Below are positions 59,371 to 64,000 of a stretch of 64,000 nucleotides of DNA, in pieces. The DNA comes from Nitrosopumilus sp. Lineage in GTDB: Archaea > Thermoproteota > Nitrososphaeria > Nitrososphaerales > Nitrosopumilaceae. Numbering within the stretch: position 1 is the first letter of the stretch; each line of letters begins with the position of its first letter. Location: the NCBI GenBank assembly GCA_965223425.1, contig OZ245003.1:1984001-2048000 (forward strand), written 5' to 3'. The translations under genes and the position numbers were made by a program. The notes below the pieces were generated by a model, which was not told the DNA's origin, did no database searches, and saw nothing but the letters and a program-made list of their open reading frames with translations.

Positions 59371-60336
59371 CTAAGTGTCTGGGCTGAAATATTTCCCTGC
59401 ATTGTATTCTTCTGCACACATTTCAAAAAGACGCAGGTATGACTTTTCATTATATTGCGAGTTTACAGTATTTAGATAATCAGTAATTTCTCTGTTCCTC
59501 TCTATGATGTTATTGAACAAATCCTTATGTGGCAGCATGTCAGATTTTGTGCAGTTGCATTGCTGGCAGGCCAATGTACAGTTGTACGGATCAGTTGAAA
59601 AAACATAGTTGAATGGTATGACATGATCCACATGTGGTCGCTGAAATTTTTGCTCACAATAAAAACATCTAGAGTCTTGCTGTTGATTCATCCAAAGCTG
59701 TATCTCCGCTTTCAAAGAAATCCTACTCTTTAGTTCATTGTCTATCTTGTTTGCAATTTGAGGAGTCATACGATTTAATTTTTCAAGATATTTTGCAAGC
59801 GAGCTGTTTATTCCTTTTTTTAAAAGTATCTTATGCGTATGCAGAAATTCAATAACATCTTCATCTAATGCTATTATTTTTGAATCGGTTTTTTTATAAA
59901 ATCCTTTCATATCTGTAAGCAGATGTACTAAAACCTCTGGCTTGATACTCTTAGTAATTACCTTTGCTCGAAATTGCTCCATTTTATCTGATGATAGTTC
60001 ATCTATGGTGGGTGGTTTTTTTTGAGGATCATGAATGCTTTTTATCAATCTGGTTATGTTTGCATCCTGCGGATCCTGGGACTGTCTGAGACGAAAACTA
60101 TACTCCATATCCCAATAATATTTTGCAAATCGAACAGCAACAAAATTTAGATCCACAAAAACTTTCCCGTCTTTGCGTTCAAGCCATTGATTGCCTACCA
60201 ATTTTTGTGCAGTTCTAGAATCATACAGATCTCCAATATCCAAAATGGCCCGTAAGAATACGGGTTTATACGTGCTGGCCATTCTTCCTTCCTTACTGAA
60301 GAATCGATTGAACATTTGTAGATAGTCTTTGGACAT
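59371..60336 (-). CDS. HNH endonuclease (McrA-like, candidate modification-dependent restriction)
   Basis: N-terminal STYKPVFLRAIL; C-terminal CFYC...HVDHVIP...N...CQQCNCTK. Confidence 0.85.
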   Translation of the reverse strand: MSKDYLQMFNRFFSKEGRMASTYKPVFLRAILDIGDLYDSRTAQKLVGNQWLERKDGKVFVDLNFVAVRFAKYYWDMEYSFRLRQSQDPQDANITRLIKSIHDPQKKPPTIDELSSDKMEQFRAKVITKSIKPEVLVHLLTDMKGFYKKTDSKIIALDEDVIEFLHTHKILLKKGINSSLAKYLEKLNRMTPQIANKIDNELKSRISLKAEIQLWMNQQQDSRCFYCEQKFQRPHVDHVIPFNYVFSTDPYNCTLACQQCNCTKSDMLPHKDLFNNIIERNREITDYLNTVNSQYNEKSYLRLFEMCAEEYNAGKYFSPDT

Positions 60337-60554
60337 TATAATCAAACATGGATCGTACAATAATAATATGATCTCATTCGGGATTCAGATTGTTTCATGA
60401 TGCCAGATTAGAATTCTAAAATTATTCGCACCACGTCCCAACAAAAATTCTAAGCAGCAAAAGTTACTTGACAAACACATATTCAAACCCAAAATTTCCA
60501 AGACAAGTTCTCATCTATTGGACAAATCCAAAGGTAACACGATGAAAATTTGGA

Positions 60555-60609
60555 AATAACTTCAGAGAGAATAACTTCAGAGAGAATAACTTCAGAGAGA
60601 ATAACTTCA
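60555..60609. repeat. Short 15-bp tandem repeat (about 3.6 copies)
   Basis: AATAACTTCAGAGAG x3 plus a partial unit. Confidence 0.85.
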
Positions 60610-60788
60610 ATAATTCAATAAGACAAAAATAGTTCAATGTCTAACTTTTTTATTTTATAATATGATAGAATCTGATGATTTGAAAATATTTGATAATCAG
60701 GCCCCCTTGATAATAGACTTTATGCATAATTGAATCATAAAAAATTTTTCCGAAAGATTTAGATCCATTTTGATCGCCGCAACAGGTA

Positions 60789-62089
60789 ATGGAATCTTCA
60801 GAACAGACTATACGCAGGCTGCAAAGGGAGCTCAAACAAAAGGACACAGCAATCAAGCAAAAGGACACAGCAATCAAGCAAAAGGACACAGCAATCAAGC
60901 AAAAGGACACAGCAATCAAGCAGAACAACAGAGCAATCAAGCAGAACAACAGAGCAATCAAGCAGAACAACAGAGCAATCAAGCAAAAGGACGCAGCAAT
61001 CAGCAGGCGCGAGAAGACGATTGGCCTGCTGCGCGAGCAGCTGCTGCTGCGCGAGGACAGCCTGTGGGCCGTTACAGATGCAGGCCGCTCTGATACGGAC
61101 ACGTCGCTGCTGCACAGCAGGGAGGTGATCCACGGCATACTGCACAACAGCGCAAAGCTTGCGGGAATTACCTCGTATGACCTTGACCAGTTTGACTACA
61201 TCTGCAACGACTTTGTGGTAGAGTCAAAGAGGCACAACAAAGACGCGCCGCTCTTTTCAGAGGACGAAACACCGGATCCCGGAAACCGCTGCCTGCCTGG
61301 CCGCAGGTCCGTCCTGCTGCTTGCGCTGTTCCGCAGGCGCTCAAACGTGACGCAGGATGCCCTGGGTGTGCTGTTTGATGTTGACCAGTCCACCGTGTGC
61401 AGGTACCTCAAGTTTGCAGATTCCGTGCTGGCAAAGATTCTGCCTACTGCAGACAGGATGGCCCGTCTGGTAAAAAGGGCCGAGACATCAGGGCAGCTAG
61501 AGCAGCTAATGCCGGACAGAACCATCATAATTGACGGCACCGAGGCGGTGCCAAGGCAGCGTCCGCAGGACAAGGATAAAAGAAAAAACACGTACTCTGG
61601 CAAAAAGAAGCGCTTTACGATTAACACCACCATAACAACAAACAGGGCAGGCCTGATACTTGCAGCAGGCAGGTCCTTTGAGGGCGGGACGCACGACCTT
61701 ACCATGATAAGAGAGGATCCGATAGACTGGCAGGTGGTCTAAATCCATGTACAAAAAGGACACGCCCGAAAAGGACAGGATACGGGTACTTGCAGACAAG
61801 GGGTACCAGGGATGCCAATCACTACACGGGAATAGCACTTGAGATGCCGGAAAAAAAGAGGCCGCGGACGGAGCTGACGCAGCAGCAAAAGGACTCGAAC
61901 AAAAGGATCAGCGCCAAGAGGGTAAAGGCGGGGCACGCCATCGGAAGAATAAAGCAGTGGGCGAGGATGACAGACCCGTATGACGGCACGGTAGAGGAGT
62001 TTCACGAGGAGCTGGCTGTGTGTACCGGCCTTGCAAACTTTCAACTGCTGTGGGATGCAAAGAAAAAGCGGCCGTCACTTGGTTATTGA
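60789..62089 (+). pseudogene. DDE_Tnp_4-like transposase (copy 2) with N-terminal heptad repeats, two frameshifts
   Basis: IIDGTE, YSGKKK, THD | ADKGYQG | KRVKAGHAIG; the third catalytic Glu is Gly in this copy. Confidence 0.82.
60834..61001 (+). repeat. 21-bp coding tandem repeat (KQKDTAI x4, KQNNRAI x3, KQKDAAI)
   Basis: Direct reading; copy 1 has one fewer KDTAI unit. Confidence 0.9.
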
Positions 62090-62355
62090 CGGCACAGCAC
62101 AGGGTGCATGAGGCACTGCAAGAGTGCGCACGGATTTCTAATTTCTGCGAATTTACAATGATCTTTTGCATCAAAATTAAATAATTTCCTGGACTGGCTT
62201 TGTGTGTCTTGGTAGTGTATGCTGCAGAAAAAATTTGACGGGTCAATTAACCATATGTGAAGGCTCGGAGAAAAGGAATTTTAGATGACACTGGCATCAA
62301 GTCCTTTAAAAAGAAAAAAACAAAGAAACAGATTACCCATGGTTCTGACAAGATC

Positions 62356-63345
62356 ATGTATGTTGGACTAGACGTACACAAGGAGACGATTCAAGTTGCA
62401 GTACTGGATGGCGGCGGGACACTGCAGTCCAACATGAAGATAAAGAACAATCATGCGGAGATCAGGAAAACATTTGCCATGATCCCAAGGGACTCAAAAT
62501 ACGTGCTGGAATCATCATCTGTCTGGTACGGCCTATACCGGTTTCTCACAGATACGCTGGGATTAAATGTAATCGTATCCAATCCGTTTAGCACCAAGGT
62601 AATTGCAACGTCGCTCAAAAAAACAGACAAGGTGGACGCGCAGGCGCTGGCAAATCTATTGAGAGGGGGCTACATTGCACAGTGCCACGTGCCCGACAAT
62701 GACATAGTAGAGCTAAGACACCTTGCAAGACACAGAAACAAACTGGTCAAGACAAGAACAGTCATGAAGAATTCCATACATGGGATACTCTTGCAAAACG
62801 GAATCAAGACAAAATCCGGCGGATTCGGATCCGGCCACGTAAGGGAATTGAGAAAACTGAGGAACTATCGCATAGATTCGTTCCTTGATTCCATAGCGTT
62901 TCTAGACGGGCAGATCTACAAAATGGATGTAAAAACCCGCCGGATAGTCAAAAGGGATCAGAACATCAGTCTGCTGACCACCGTTCCTGGAATAGGGTAT
63001 TATTCTGCGCTTGCAATATATTCGGAGATTGGCAATATCGAAAGATTTTCAGACTCACACAAACTGTGTGCATACGCGGGCATTGTTCCGTCCGTGAGAA
63101 ACTCTGCTGAGACGGTACACCACGGCAGGATAACAAAGAGGGGAAGCCGTATGCTGCGATGGATAGCAGTGGAGGCAATCCAGACCCATACAAGACACGC
63201 GCCTGACAGCGACATTACAAGATTCTACAACCGTCTTGCAAAAAAGAGAGGAAGATCAAAGGCAAAGGTTGCAGCGGCATCAAAGCTGATACGTGTAATA
63301 TATTGGATGCTAAAGGAGAAAAAAGAGTATGTTGCCCAAAAATAA
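62356..63345 (+). CDS. IS110-family DEDD recombinase/transposase
   Basis: VGLDVHK, VLESS, KTDKVDA, VPGIG, GIVPSVRNSA (catalytic Ser region), ITKRG...LR. Confidence 0.95.
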   Translation: MYVGLDVHKETIQVAVLDGGGTLQSNMKIKNNHAEIRKTFAMIPRDSKYVLESSSVWYGLYRFLTDTLGLNVIVSNPFSTKVIATSLKKTDKVDAQALANLLRGGYIAQCHVPDNDIVELRHLARHRNKLVKTRTVMKNSIHGILLQNGIKTKSGGFGSGHVRELRKLRNYRIDSFLDSIAFLDGQIYKMDVKTRRIVKRDQNISLLTTVPGIGYYSALAIYSEIGNIERFSDSHKLCAYAGIVPSVRNSAETVHHGRITKRGSRMLRWIAVEAIQTHTRHAPDSDITRFYNRLAKKRGRSKAKVAAASKLIRVIYWMLKEKKEYVAQK

Positions 63346-63349
63346 TTTA

Positions 63350-63480
63350 TCACGGTTAGAGTCTGTCTGCGTTTTATGCGTTGAGGTTACACCTCGGGCA
63401 ATTAACTGCGGTTCAATCTAACAAATGGATGAAGAATGGCACTGGGAGTAAGATCCCGAATGGATACTTGTCCGCTCATC
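63350..63480 (+). ncRNA. Predicted bridge RNA / seekRNA of the IS110 element
   Basis: Two stem-internal loop-hairpin units whose loops match the target flanks and the element's own end (see findings). Confidence 0.75.
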
Positions 63481-63578
63481 TTTTGGAATTTGGATCAACC
63501 CTAACGTGAGCCATTCAACACTGTGACAGTTTGCAAGGAATGTTTATAAAGAATTCACATGGATATGCATAAAGTCTA

Positions 63579-63829
63579 GTACACTCTTTAAAAATATTCA
63601 GGAAATAATCGACAAGTTAAAAAAAGATATCATGGTAGGCAAACGAATTAAATTCAAAACTATTCCCAAATACTACAAAAAGAGACATGGGATTGACAAT
63701 GCGTTTCATGTATATTTGCCAAAAGGCATGAGACTAGTCTATTCTATTACTATTTACAATGGTGAAAAGACTGCATTTCTAATGGAATTAGCGGATCATC
63801 ATGCTTATGAGAAAAGATTCAATTATTGA
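63579..63829 (+). pseudogene. RelE/ParE-like toxin, probably 5'-disrupted by the ISL2-like insertion
   Basis: Frame is open from the IS boundary: TLFKNIQEIIDKLKKD.....IPKYY...LPKGMRLVYSI...DHHAYEKRFNY. Confidence 0.5.
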
Positions 63830-63888
63830 TACATAAATGTACATACATATAAATATCATTTGTCTGCATAAGCAGTTGGGAATCACGC

Positions 63889-64000
63889 ATGGCTAAATCA
63901 ATGACTGTTTTGGATTATATTTTGGAGAAAAGTAAAAAATACAATCCTACACTGAGAAGTTTTATTCAGGTCGAAAAATTAGTATTTGAGACTAAAGAAT
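63889..64000 (+). CDS. Hypothetical protein, partial (runs off window)
   Basis: MAKSMTVLDYILEKSKKYNPTLRSFIQVEKLVFETKE; TATA-like TATAAATA upstream. Confidence 0.5.
   Translation, partial: MAKSMTVLDYILEKSKKYNPTLRSFIQVEKLVFETKE

Larger units (their letters stand above)
62250..63565 (+). mobile_element. IS110-family element with IS1111-type architecture
   Basis: Boundaries defined by the split TIR, with TA core at both junctions; subterminal IR ATGTGAA/TTCACAT; long non-coding region 3' of the gene. Confidence 0.92.
60716..63576 (+). mobile_element. ISL2-like element copy 2, right TIR split by an IS110 element
   Basis: Left TIR from 60716; right TIR halves ...TCAATTA (62249) and TGCATAAAGTC (63566-76); TA flanks. 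Confidence 0.88.

Noticed and set aside
62257-62355. 33-aa N-terminal extension of the IS110 protein
   Set aside because: Starts inside the element's end motif; the family begins at MYVGLD, as in the relic near 58835.
4387-63215. Many antisense or overlapping ORFs in the track (e.g. 4387-4818, 11256-11786, 20062-20559, 36344-36949, 54528-55088, 61196-61705)
   Set aside because: Shadows of well-supported genes, with no motifs of their own.

Overview
Chromosomal window from an ammonia-oxidising archaeon, most likely Nitrosopumilaceae (Nitrososphaerota/Thaumarchaeota). This is inferred from gene content: TBP, Sec61beta, Tsr3, Elp3, class I LysRS, CofG/CofH, MqnC and a PAC2-family chaperone. A housekeeping backbone (about 1.4-44 kb and 51-54 kb, with tRNA-Pro(TGG), tRNA-Arg(GCG) and a probable box C/D sRNA) is interrupted by many insertion sequences. 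Three observations stand out. (1) Two 1291-bp elements carry only tnpB yet have 25-bp terminal inverted repeats (TIRs) and exact 8-bp target-site duplications (TSDs). These are DDE/IS6-type ends rather than IS200/IS605 ends, and related GGTT(C/A)TG... ends bound two cargo elements, one with a decayed IS6-family transposase. (2) An intact IS1111-type IS110 recombinase element sits inside the TIR of an ISL2-like IS, and its downstream non-coding region folds into a bridge/seekRNA-like structure whose loops match that TIR and its own end. (3) Other oddities include an IS630 nested with an apparent CA duplication, a perfect 29x18-bp array beside a cargo P-loop ATPase, a frameshifted H1-like repeat protein and several unannotated microproteins. 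All calls come from reading the sequence; no searches or folding programs were run.
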